DNA of 62,389 nt, filler included, from Chiloscyllium plagiosum (GCF_004010195.1; 5 parts of one record of this genome joined end to end with filler, not necessarily neighbours in it); one strand, 5' to 3'. Positions 49,360 to 60,640 are shown, numbered from the whole stretch's first letter. Numbers and translations: made by a program. Notes: generated from the letters alone by a model not told the origin.

Positions 49360-50220
49360 TAGTTCTGGGTACGTTCGCCGAGTTGGAAAGTTGATTTGCA
49401 GACGTTCATCCCCTGTCTTGGTGATATCTTCAATGCTTTGGAGCCTCCTGTGAAGCGCTGCCGCACTGTGTCTTCTGGAATTTATTTGGTTCTGTTCTTG
49501 CTGCTTCCTGTTGTTCGTTGTAATGGCCGGTGTATTGGTCTATGTGCTAGGTCTAGGTCTAGGTCTATGACACCTCTACAGAGTCTTCACTAAGAATGCA
49601 ACTTCATCCGCAGATGCCTAACAGACAAACAACATGACGAGGACATGCCACAACCTAACCCACTACCTACGCTACCTTATATAAAATACATCTCGGAACT
49701 GACAGCCAGACTCCTCCGACCACTCTGATTCATGACAGTCCATAAACCAACAGGCATGCTCAGACAACAACTCACCAGAACGAAAGACCCAATACTCAAC
49801 ATGTGCAAGACAAACACAATTTACAAGATTCCATGCAAAGACTGGACAAAACTCTATATGGAACAAACAGGCAATCCACATCCATGAACACCAACTAGCC
49901 ACTAAACACCATGACCAGTTAGCCCTAGCAGCCATACACACAGATGACAAGGACCAGAAATTGATGGGACAACATAACGATCACAGGACAAGCTAAACAG
50001 AGGATAGTCAGAGAATTTCTAGAAGCATGTCACTCATCCACGGACTCCATCAACGAGCACATAGACACAGTAGAGAAGCGCTCTACAGGAGGCTCCAGAG
50101 CCCTGAGAATGTCACCGAGACGGGACAAAACGTCTACAAATCAACCTCCCAGCTTGATGAACATTCCCACAACTATTACAACCAGCACCCGAGCTACAAA
50201 TCTTTACGTAAACCTTGAGA
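49360..50220 (+). mobile_element. Poseidon-type Penelope-like element: inverted 5' pLTR, truncated ORF (GIY-YIG), 3' pLTR
   Basis: TLPYIKYISELTARLLRP, NTIYKIPCKD, IHEHQLATK; TSD ttcttaaccca at 49349-49359 and 50221-50231. Confidence 0.88.
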
Positions 50221-50646
50221 TTCTTAACCCACATAAATACCTTCCATTAAAAATTCTGACCAGTTTAAGGATCAACTTGCATGACTTCCTAACAAAATGT
50301 ATACAACGAAAATGGCATAATTTTGTCTCCTGCTTTCAACTTTTTTTTTCCCCAATTCCAATCAAGATCTAATTTGCAATGTGCATGTTATAAATGTGTT
50401 ATAAACCATATTCAAGATTTCAGAAATCAGGAAATCCTCAAGACAACTGACAATCATCATACTAAAATTTGCTGTAACTGCTGAAGCATTTACAAGAAAA
50501 ATGAGAAACCACGCCAAATACTGCACACAGTAGTATTTGTACAACTCATTTGCTTTAATCCAACATATTTTATATTCTTAAATTGCATGAAATGAAGAAA
50601 GTTCTGAAGCACTGGGATTACATGGTGGGTCAAGGCAGAGTTTTTT

Positions 50647-50965
50647 GGAATTCCCTACAGTGTGGGAACAGGCCCTTCGGCCCAACAAGTCCACACCGAC
50701 CCTCCAAAGAGTAACCCACCCAGATCCGTTCCCCTACATTTCACCCCTGACTAATGTACCTAAAACTGTGGGCAATTTAGCATGCCAATTCACCTCACTA
50801 GCACATTTTTGGATTATGGGAGGGAACTGGAGCACCCGGACAAAACCCATGCAGACACGGGGAGAACGTGCAAACTCCACACAGACAGTCGCCTGAGGTG
50901 GGAATTGAACCAGAGTCCCTGGCACTGTGAGCGAGCAGTGCTAACCACTGAACCATCGTGCTGCC
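50647..50965 (-). mobile_element. HE1-type SINE
   Basis: Reverse complement of HE1. Confidence 0.9.
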
Positions 50966-51279
50966 CGACTTCAAGAGGGTAGCTTGTTAGTGGTTGGGTG
51001 GAATGGTAAGTGAGGTCAAATTGTGTACAACTGTTAAAGGCTAGGTTTACTCATATGAGACTGTGATGAGCAATGTGCAATGGAATGAATGAAGCAAGTA
51101 GTGTTACCATTGAATTTTGTAGCAGTGTTAGCGAGACTGTAGTGAAGGTCAGTGGGCTAAACTAGTTTACTGAGATGGAGTTTAAATCGGCTGCACAGTG
51201 TGATGCACTGCATCAGACAGACTGGATTTAAAGCGGGTACGCTGTGCTGTACAGTGCACTCAGACAGTGCTTATCATGT

Positions 51280-52881
51280 CTGTGTTTTACAATGCAGTCA
51301 GTGAAACTGGGCTCACAGAGAATGTGTTGTGCATCAGTGAGATGAGGTTGATAGAGGCTTATGCTGCAGTGCAGTCAGTGAAGGTACATTAAAAGAAGCT
51401 GTGAGGCATGCTGTAGTGCGTGAGGACTTTCAGAGGCTGCGCTGCGGTCAGTATGAGCAGGTTTACAGACATTGTGCTACAATCAACATGAGTGGTTTTA
51501 CAGAGACTGCAGTGTGAGCGGGTTTACAGAGACTGCAGGGTGTTGCAGTCAGTGAGAGTGAATTTACAGACACGAGACTGTGCAGCAGACAGTGTAAGCG
51601 GGTTTACAGAGCCAGGACAGCACTGCAATCAGTGTGAGCAGGTTTACAGAAACTGTAGTGTGCTGCAGTCAGCGGAAGGAGATTTAAAGAGACGGTTCTG
51701 TAGTCATTGAGAGGGGGTTTAAAGAGACTGGGTTTCGGTCAGCGCGAGCCGGTTTACACAGACTGGGCTGGGATGCAGTCAGTGTGAGCGGATTAACACA
51801 GACACTGGGCTGGGGTAGAGTCTGTGTGAGTGGGTTTACACAGATGCTGGGCTGGGATACAGTCAGTGTGAGCAGGTTTACACAGGCACTGGGCTGGGGT
51901 GCAGTCAGTGCAAGGGGGTTTACACAGACTGGAAACCTGTTGATCTTCCAACTGAATGAGCTGACCTGGAGTGAGTGTTGCGGACTGGCACATTCCATGG
52001 TCCAGGACTGTGTTGAGGGACATGCTGAAGCTTGGGGCAGCCACCGTCAAGGCGCGGTGGGGAAAGACCACCGTGTAATGTCTGCCTACGAAAAAATAGG
52101 GGGCCGACACAGTAAGTGGGCTCCGCTGACGCCTCAGCTAAATATATGGATAGTAAACGTACAGACCTGTATATACGAATGATTAATTCTGATCTCTGTA
52201 CATAAAGAAATTGAACGTATACGTATATATGGCACCACCAATTGTACAGATCAAAATACTTTATGAATACAGTATATTTTTGAAATAAAAATGTTTACAC
52301 AGACTTTGGACTGGGGTGCAGTCAGTGTGAGGGGGTTTACACAGGCACTGGGCTGGGGTGCAGGCCGTGCAAGGGGGTTTACACAGACACTGGGCTGGGG
52401 TGCAGTCAGTGCGAGAGTGTGAGGGGTTTACACAGGCACTGGGCTGGGGTGCAGGCCGTGCAAGGGGGTTTACACAGACACTGGGCTGGGGTGCAGTCAG
52501 TGCGAGCGGGTTTACACAGGCACTGGGCTGGGGTGCAGTCAGTGCAAGGGGGTTTACACAGGCACTGGGCTGGGGTGCAGTCAGTGCATGGGGGTTTACA
52601 CAGGCACTGGGCTGGGGTGCAGTCAGTGCATGGGGGTTTACACAGGCACTGGGCTGGGGTGCAGTCAGTGCATGGGGGTTTACACAGGCACTGGGCTGGG
52701 GTGCAGTCAGTGCATGGGGGTTTACACAGGCACTGGGCTGGGGTGCAGTCAGTGCATGGGGGTTTACACAGGCACTGGGCTGGGGTGCAGTCAGTGCATG
52801 GGGGTTTACACAGGCACTGGGCTGGGGTGCAGTCAGTGCGAGCGGGTTTACACAGGCACTGGGCTGGGGTGCAGTCAGTGC
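51280..52881. repeat. 42-bp minisatellite (ggtttacacaggcactgggctggggtgcagtcagtgcatggg), decaying leftwards
   Basis: Period 42 (for example 52561 and 52603); runs into the gap. Confidence 0.95.
51931..52292 (+). mobile_element. Tx1/L1-clade LINE 3' end inserted in the minisatellite
   Basis: NLLIFQLNELTWSECCGLAHSMVQD...LKLGAATVKARWGKTTV* and A-rich end; flanked by gtttacacagact (51918-51930 and 52293-52305). Confidence 0.7.
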
Positions 52882-52981
52882 NNNNNNNNNNNNNNNNNNN
52901 NNNNNNNNNNNNNNNNNNNNNNNNNTTAATTAATTAANNNNNNNNNNNNNNNNNNNNNNNNNNNNNNNNNNNNNNNNNNNN
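52882..52981. other. Assembly gap spacer
   Basis: N44-TTAATTAATTAA-N44. Confidence 0.97.
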
Positions 52982-53029
52982 TGAGGGGGGTACAGTCAGT
53001 GGGGGGGGGGTACAGTCAGTGGGAGGGGG

Positions 53030-53345
53030 GGTTACCGGTGCTGCCGGTGGGAGCAGCCTCTCCTGCCCTCTCCTCTCCCTCGGTTACTCACCCTGACGCT
53101 GCCTGGACAGAGGGAGCAGCTCGGCGCCTGGTGGATGAAGCTGGGTGCAGGCAGCGGACTGACAGCCGGCTGCTGGGGATCGGCCTTTAGGAGCAGGCCC
53201 GGGTCCGCGGAGCCGGCTCGAGCGGATCCTAACTGAAACTGTGACCTCTGACCGCACCCACCCCGTGGAGCCGCGAACACTTCCGGGGCAGCATGGGTCA
53301 CCTGCGAGGGAGCGCGAGCTGTAGGCGGCATTGCCCCGATCATCA
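53030..53345 (-). promoter_or_regulatory. CpG-rich promoter with ETS/GABP site and probable non-coding first exon (about 53280 to 53092)
   Basis: The only clearly CpG-dense unique stretch; CCGGAAGTG at 53278-53286 (-); donor CAGG|GTGAGT with the intron starting at 53091; no ATG in the exon. Confidence 0.65.
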
Positions 53346-53371
53346 GTCACACTCATTCACAGCATAGAGTA

Positions 53372-54312
53372 CAGCCTCCTGCCTGCTGTGTTCCACCAGC
53401 CTCCTTCCTGCTGTGTTCCACCAGCCTCCTTCCTGCTATGTTCCACCAGCCTCCTGCTTGTTGTGTTCCTCCAGCCTCCTGCTTGCTGTGTTCTTCCAGC
53501 CTCCTGCTTGCTGTGTTCTACCATCCTCCTGCTTGCTGTGTTCTTCCAGCCTCCTGCTTGCTGTGTTCTACCATCCTCCTGCCTGATGTGTTCCACCAGC
53601 CTCCTGCCTGATGTGTTCCACCAGCCTCCTGCTTGCTGTGTTCTTCCAGCCTCCTGCCTGATGTGTTCCACCAGCCTCCTGCCTGATGTGTTCCACCTGC
53701 CTCCTGCTTGCTGTGTTCTTCCAGCCTCCTGCCTGATGTGTTCCACCATCCTCCTGCTTGCTGTGTTCCTCCAGCCTCCTGCCTGATGTGTTCCACCAGC
53801 CTCCTGCCTGATGTGTTCCACCTGCCTCCTGCTTGCTGTGTCCACCAGCCTCCTGCCTGATGTGTTCCACCAGCCTCCTGCCTGATGTGTTCCACCAGCC
53901 TCCTGCCTGATATGTTCCACCAGCCTCCTGCTTGCTGTGTCCACCAGCCTCCTGCTTGCTGTGTTCTTCCTGCCTCCTGCCTGATGTGTTCCACCAGCCT
54001 CCTGCCTGCTGTGTCCTTCCAGCCTCCTGCCTGCTGTGTCCTACCAGCCTCCTGCCTGCTGTGTTCCACCAGCCTCCTGCTTGTTGTGTTCCACCAGCCT
54101 CCTGCCTGCTGTGTTCCACCAGCCTCCTGCCTGCTGTGTTCTTCCAGCCTCCTGCCTGATGTGTTCTTCCAGCCTCCTGCCTGCTGTGTTCTTCCAGCCT
54201 CCTGCCTGATGTGTTCCACCAGCCTCCTGCTTGCTGTGTTCTTCCAGCCTCCTGCCTGCTGTGTTCCACCAGCCTCCTGCTTGCTGCGTTCCTCCAGCCT
54301 CCTGCTTGCTGT
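53372..54312. repeat. 25-bp minisatellite (ccagcctcctgcYtgMtgtgttcYW), about 37 copies
   Basis: Period 25 (for example 53471 and 53496), with variant units. Confidence 0.97.
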
Positions 54313-54459
54313 GTTGTTCCGGAGTCCTGCTTGTCTACTTTGAGTACCATACATAACAGGAACCTTTCCGCTCCAGTTAATGTACTCTTACACTCCCTCT
54401 ACGAAGGAATCCCTCTAAAATATCACCTCTTCGTCTTTCACTTTGCATTCTGAAACCTA

Positions 54460-54985
54460 CACAGATATTGCTGGAGGAACTGAAAACAAAACAAAAATGC
54501 TGGCGCTCATAGTGGGTCAAAGTGGAGAAAAAGCAAGCTCACGTTTCGAGTCTAGACAACTGTTCCATCAGAGTTGAAAGATTCGCTGGTAGAACTCAGC
54601 AGGTCTTGCAGCATCAGGAGAGAGAGCAAACTCAACATTTCGAGTCTAGTGATCCTTCTTCAGAACAGATAGGTAGGAAAGGGAGTAATGTAGAATAAAT
54701 GCTGAGGGGAAAGGAGTGAGATGGACCCCAGAAAGAGAGCAGTAAAGTTGAGAAAAAGGGTTGGATGACAGTCCACCAGAAAGGAAGAAAAACTGATATT
54801 GGGGAGCAGAAGAAGGTGAAAATGGTTTGGCTGTGCTGAAAGCGCATGATTGAGCCTGCAGCATGAGGGATGCGGCGGTCTGGCTCTATAATTATTACTT
54901 TATATTGAGTCCTAAAAGTTGCAGGATCTCCAAACGGAAAATGAGATGTTGTCCACTCTGATTCTTTCACTTTGAGGTTGTGCAG
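54460..54985 (-). mobile_element. Nested Neptune-type PLE pLTRs and GIY-YIG C-terminus
   Basis: Reverse-strand QHLIFRLEILQLLGLNI; two degenerate hammerhead pLTRs. Confidence 0.72.
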
Positions 54986-55017
54986 TCCAAATTATCACAA
55001 GTACGTCTGTCAAAATG

Positions 55018-57065
55018 CTTATAGGGTCATACAGTCCTACAGCGCGGAGACATGCCCTTTGGCACAAACTGGTCCATGCCTGTCAAAATTACCATCTATG
55101 CTACGCTTGTCCAAATGCCTTTTAAATGTTCTTAATGTACCCACCTTAACAACTCTGCTGGTGGGTCATTTCATATGTGTACCGCCCTCTGTGTAAAACA
55201 ATTGGCCCTCTGGTTCCCATTTATTCTTTCCCCTCTAACCTTAAACTGATGCCCTCTAGTACTCGATTCCCCAACCCCGTGAAAAAGACTGAATGCATTC
55301 ACCCTGTCCATGCTTCTCATGATCTTATACGCTTCTACAAGATTCCCACCCCCCCCCCCCTTCAGTCTCCTACACTCTTAAAGAAAAAGTCATAGCTTGT
55401 TCAACCTATTCCTTTCACTCAAGATTGTTGAGTCCTGGCAATATCCTTGTAAATTTCTTCTGCGTTGTTTCCAGTTTAATAACATTCTTTCTGTAGCAAG
55501 GTGACCAAAACTGAACACAATACTCCAAGTGCGGCTTTACTCTGTACAACTGCAACATAATTTTCCAACTTCGATACTCAGTGCCCTGACTGATGAAGGC
55601 CACTGTGCCAAAAGCCACCTTCACTGCCCTCTCGACCTGTGACTCCACTTTCAGAAAACTCCAAGGTTCTCCTGTTCCACTACACTCCTTAAAGCCCTAC
55701 CATTCACAATGAAATTCCTACCTTGATTTGACTTTCCAAAATGCAAGACCTCTCACTTATTTATATTAAACTCCTTTTGCCATTTCTCAGCCCACCTCCC
55801 CAGCTGATCAAGGTCTTGCTGCAATTTCTGACAACCTTCCTCACTCTCCACGATACCGCCTAATTAAGTATCATCAGCAAACTTGCTAATCATGCCGTAT
55901 ACATTCTTATCCAAATCGTTGCTAAAGATAACAAACAACAATGGCCCCAGCACCAATCCCTGAGACACTCCATAAGTCACAGGCCTCCAGTCTGACAAGC
56001 ATCCTTCCACCCTCTGCTTTCTACCATCAAGCCAATTTTGTAACAAATTTGCCAGCTCTCCCTGGATTCTATGCAGTCTAACTTTCCAGAACAGCTACTA
56101 TGTAGAACTTTATCAAAGGCCTTACTGATATCCATATACTCCTGCCTTCATCAACCTTCCTGGTCACTTCATCAAAGAACTCTTAATAAATTTGTGAGAC
56201 ATGATCTCCCACGCACAAAGCCATGCTGACTACTCCTAATCAAACCCTGTCTTTCTAAATGCATCTCTCAAAATCTTCTTAAGTAACTTGCCCTACCACA
56301 GATGTTAGGCTTATGGGCCTTTAGTTCCCAGGCTTTTCTTTGCAGCCCTTCTTCAATAATGACACAACATTCGCTACCCTTCAGTCTTTTGGGACCTCAC
56401 CTGTGACTAACGATGATGCAAAAATATCAGCCAAGACCCTGGCAATTTCTTCTCTAGCCTTTTGCAGTGTCCTTGAATAGATCTGGTCAGAACCAGGAGA
56501 TATATCCACCTTCATTCATGCTAATATGTCCGACACCATCTCGACAGTAATATGACCACCAATTACCCCAAGTTCCCAAGTCTTCGTGTCTTTCTCCACT
56601 GTAAATATAGAGGAGAAATATTCATTGAGGACCTCACCCATCTCCTGCGGTTCCACACACACATGTCCATCTTGGTCCTTGAGGGATCCTGTTCTCTCTC
56701 TAGTTATTCTTTTTCCTTTTAATATACTTAAAGAACTTCTTTGGATTCAGCCTTATCTTCTCAGCCAAAGCTATCTTGTGCCCCCTTTGTGCCCTCCTGA
56801 TTTCCTTCTTCAGTAAACTCCTGTATCCGCTATATACCTCCAGGGATTCCCTTGATCCAGCTGCCTGTACCTGAGCCCAGCCTCCTTTTTTCTGGTCAAA
56901 ACCCCAATATCTCTTGTCATCCAGGGATCCCTAGTCCAGCCGACCTTGTTCCTTACAGGAACATATTGACTTTGAACTCTAGCTATCTCACTTTTAAAGG
57001 CCTCCCACTTTTCAGAGGTCCTTTTGCCTGCAAAAAAACACACTCCAATCATCTCTTGCAAGCTT
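55018..57065 (-). mobile_element. CR1 LINE ORF2 (about 2 kb, decayed) and 3' UTR
   Basis: KWEAFKSEI, GVSQGLVLGPLLFVIF, SKFADDT, PHLEYCVQFWSP. Confidence 0.93.
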
Positions 57066-57326
57066 CTTTTCATTTTTTCTCTAGACTTTTTAAAACAAAA
57101 TTCTAATTTAAAAAGTCTCTAACTTCTGTAAGCTTCTAAACTGCTTGAGAAAGTTAATTTTGAATTGGTTCTTCCCTTTATTTTCAGTGCTTGAAGGTTA
57201 ATAGCCCCAATATAATATCTTGTATCGTTACATTTTTCATAAAGATCTAGGAAATAATGAGGTGAGTACATCACAGCTGCCTTGCAGTCATGCTACGTAA
57301 CAAAAAGCAACATAATAATTTATTCG

Positions 57327-57454
57327 GCAAAAGTGAGGACTGCAGCTGTTGGAGATCAGAGTCAGATTAGAGTGGTGCCCGAAAAGCACAGCAGGTCAGG
57401 CAGCATCCAAGGAGCAGGAAAATCCACATTTTGGGCAAAAGCCCTTCATCAGGA
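57327..57454 (-). mobile_element. Solo PLE pLTR starting at the hammerhead core, 13-bp TSD
   Basis: aataatttattcg (57314-57326) / aataatgtattcg (57455-57467). Confidence 0.8.
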
Positions 57455-58056
57455 AATAATGTATTCGTCATGTGGAAATTTGAAGGAACCACACTGGATG
57501 AAATTCTAGAATTTGAGTTAAATTAATTATTTCGAACTTGTAGGATCCGAAAGGTATAACATGGTAGTGGCAACTGCAGGTAAAAGCATGATTGTTTTGT
57601 CTACGTGAGAAAGCTAAATATGGTAGATCTTAAACAATTCTAACAGGTGACCATGCTATTACAGTGCTATCAGCAGCATAATTGTATTGGATCACAATTG
57701 GCAACATTATGACTGGTATATCCCCACTCTACATTACCATCAAGAAATGACAAAGAATGTACAACAAAATGGAAGTGTTCAATCTGGCAACTATAAAATA
57801 GTCAGTCTAACATTGAAGTTGTATGACCAGATGAGGAGGGATAAAATGGTTCCCCACTTTTAACATCCTTGGTTGGTCACAACAATGATTTATGTTCTAT
57901 TTAGCATGAGGCTATAGCTCTCCGTAATAAGAATGCATTGATCCGACATCTACTGTATCAGCAAAGAATCAATTAAAAGGTTTTCTTTTGAATGAAGGGA
58001 AAAGCAATTTTATTACCTTCAGACTCCAAGAAAATTAATAAAGATGCAACATTTGT

Positions 58057-58374
58057 GGCGGCACGGTGGCGCAGTGGTTAGCATTGCTGCCTCACAGCAC
58101 CAGAGACCCGGGTTCAATTCCCACCTCAGGCGACTGACTGTGTGGAGTTGGCACATTCGCCCCATGTCTGCATGGGTTTCCTCCGGGTGCTCCGGTTTCC
58201 TTCCACAGTCCAAAAATGTGCAGGTTAGGTGAATTGGCCATGCTAAATTGCCCGTAGGGTTAGGTGCAAGGGTAAATGCAGGGGTATGGGTCTGGGTGGG
58301 TGTGCTTCGGCGGGTCGGTGTGGACTTGTTGGGCTGAAGGGCCTGTTTCCACACTGTAAGTAATCTAATCTAAT
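58057..58374 (+). mobile_element. HE1-type SINE
   Basis: Full head, V-domain and tail. Confidence 0.92.
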
Positions 58375-58439
58375 CATGCATAGCAATACTCTCAGCTATC
58401 AAGAAGCAGCTGAAGGCACTGAATACGGCAAAAGTTATA

Positions 58440-58771
58440 GTTACTGAGCATTGTGGGAAGAAGACCATTCAGCCATTGATTCTACTTCGCCGTTCAGTGA
58501 CCATACTGATCTGATAATCCTCAACTCCATTTTACCTGCCTTTTCTCCATAACCCTGATTCAACCACCAATTTAAAAATCTATTTCAGCCTTGGAAGCAC
58601 TTAATGAACCAGCCTAAAAAGCCCTCTGTGGTAAAGAATCCCACAGATTCACAACCCTCTGAGAGAAGAAATTCCTCCTCGTTCCTGTCTTAAATGTGTG
58701 ACTCGTTATTCTGAGATAATTCCCCTGGTTCTGGACTCTCCCACGAAGGGAAATAACAAATAACACCTGTC
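58440..58771 (-). mobile_element. CR1 LINE 3' end, resuming at 60097 after an LTR insertion
   Basis: Reverse-strand NFFSQRVVNLWDSLP; continuation ctgtcaagtcctttaaga at 60097. Confidence 0.8.
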
Positions 58772-58830
58772 CTGTTGTGGCCAAGTGGTCAGTGGTCTAA
58801 ACAACTAGGCCCAACATAACACTGGCTAAA

Positions 58831-59045
58831 TAAAAAAAACGAAAGAACTGCAGATGCTGTAAATCAGAAACAAAAACAGAAATTGCTGGAAAAGCACAGC
58901 AGGTCTGGCAGCATCCGTGAAGAGAAATCAAAGCTAACATTTTGGGCCCAGTGACCCTTCCTCAGGACCCAAAATGTTAATCCTGATTTCTTTTCATAGA
59001 AATTGCCAGATCTGCTGAGCATTTACAGTAATTCCGTTTTTGTTT
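58831..59045. mobile_element. Older palindromic PLE pLTR pair
   Basis: Arms meet at a hammerhead remnant; degenerate TSD ataacactggctaaa / ataaaattggttaaa. Confidence 0.7.
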
Positions 59046-59607
59046 ATAAAATTGGTTAAACAGTTTCAACAAACAAGGCCTGATGCAAAGACACCAAGGT
59101 TACCTCAGATCAAAAGCAAAGAAAGATCTGCCCAGAAGTGCATTACATATTGAATCTCAATAATGACAGTGTCGTTATCACTTGAAACTCAAGAGATATT
59201 CAGTCAGAACAATAGGAAGAGAGATTATGTTTGTCTCTTCCCCAGTTTCAGCCAGACCTCTTGTCACCATGGAATAATCATAACTTGAAAAGTTATGGAG
59301 GCATCTAGGATGACCTGACCTAACCTGATTGGGGGGTGTGACTCCTGCTCTGTGCCCCCATTGGCTGAAATTGAAGAACATTCCTGAAGGGCTCATAAAA
59401 GTGGAGATAAAAGAAGGGACTCCTGACAGCCATTCACTAAGTAAAGACTTGCCCAGTGAAGACTCCGTGCAGGACTCACCTTTTCACTAAGAGGACCCTG
59501 AGTACTCTTTCGATGGAGTTCAGTGAATTGGATCCCTCAGCCCAATAAAGTTCACCACAACGATGAATGTAAATATTTTTTTCAGGCAGTCAGCCCAGTT
59601 TAGGAAA

Positions 59608-59921
59608 CATGATCTGGAGGTGCCAGTGTTGGACTGGCATGTACAGAGTTAAAAATCACACAACACCAGGTTATAGTCCAATAGGTTTATTTGAAAGCAG
59701 TAGCTTTCGGAGCATTGCTCCTTCATCAGGTGGTTGTAGAGTATAAGATGGTAGGACACAGAATTTGTAGCAAAAGTTTACAGTGTGATATAACTGAAAT
59801 TATATATTGAAAAAGACCTGGATTGTTTGTAAAGTCTCTCATCTTTTAGAATGGGCATGTCGGTTTCAGTTCTTTCATATGTAAATTTCAGATCTTTCTT
59901 AAAGTTACATTCTCAAGTGAA
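59608..59921 (-). mobile_element. Third PLE-like family 3' end with hammerhead core at 59701-59729
   Basis: Reverse complement reads CTGATGA-A-GGAGC-AAT-GCTCC-GAAAGCTA; TSD cagtttaggaaa (59596) / cagtttgggaaa (59922). Confidence 0.7.
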
Positions 59922-60189
59922 CAGTTTGGGAAAAGTTAATTTATGTAAAAGTTGTTTTCTTTAACTTGCAAGTATTTTAATAAAACTAAGTTTGAACTGT
60001 AGTCCTTTGTCTTATCTAGTAAGAGCACCTAGGTAAATGTGTTTTATCAGTAGTAAATTGGTTGAAGTGGCTGTATAGAATATTTTGTAGGTAACACTGT
60101 CAAGTCCTTTAAGAGTTTTTCTCTATTTCAGTACAGTTGGCTCTCATTCCAACAAGGTAGGCTGGTAGGTGTAGGAAATGTTGGGTGAC

Positions 60190-60640
60190 TAGAGAAATTC
60201 AGGCTCTGGTCAAGAAAAAGGAGGAGGTATATATCAAGTATTGACATCTGGGATTCAGTCAATCCCTAGAACAGTACAAGGGCAGTAGGAGTATACTAAA
60301 GAGGGAAATCAGGAGTGTGAAAAGGGGACATGAGGCAGCTTTATAAATGGTGATATATTAAAAAGTGTTCATATTACAGAAGGGAAGATGCTAGATGTCT
60401 TAATTTCCATAAAGGTGGATAAATCCCCAGGACTTCATCAGGTATATCCTAGAACTCCCCCTGACAGCACATTCCAGACACCTACTACTCTCTGTGTAAA
60501 ACAACCTGCCCCTCACATCTCCATTGAACTTCCTCCTTATTTGTAAATGCATAGCTTCGAGTATTAAACATTTCAACTATGAGGAAAAAGATTCTGACTG
60601 TCAACCCTATCTTTGCCTCATATAATTTTATAATTGTGTA
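60190..60640. mobile_element. CR1 fragments in both orientations
   Basis: + strand IKVDKSPGLHQVYPR; minus-strand 3' end motifs. Confidence 0.7.

Larger units (their letters stand above)
58773..60096 (+). mobile_element. Probable solo LTR containing two PLE insertions
   Basis: TGT...ACA termini; ctgtc at 58767-58771 and 60097-60101; internal CCAAT-like and AATAAA motifs. Confidence 0.6.

Noticed and set aside
53372..54312. CRISPR-like array
   Set aside because: Head-to-tail repeats with no unique spacers, in a vertebrate context with no cas genes.
52358..54354. Long repetitive ORFs (up to 278 aa)
   Set aside because: By-products of the 42-bp and 25-bp tandem repeats, open in several frames and strands, with no gene structure.
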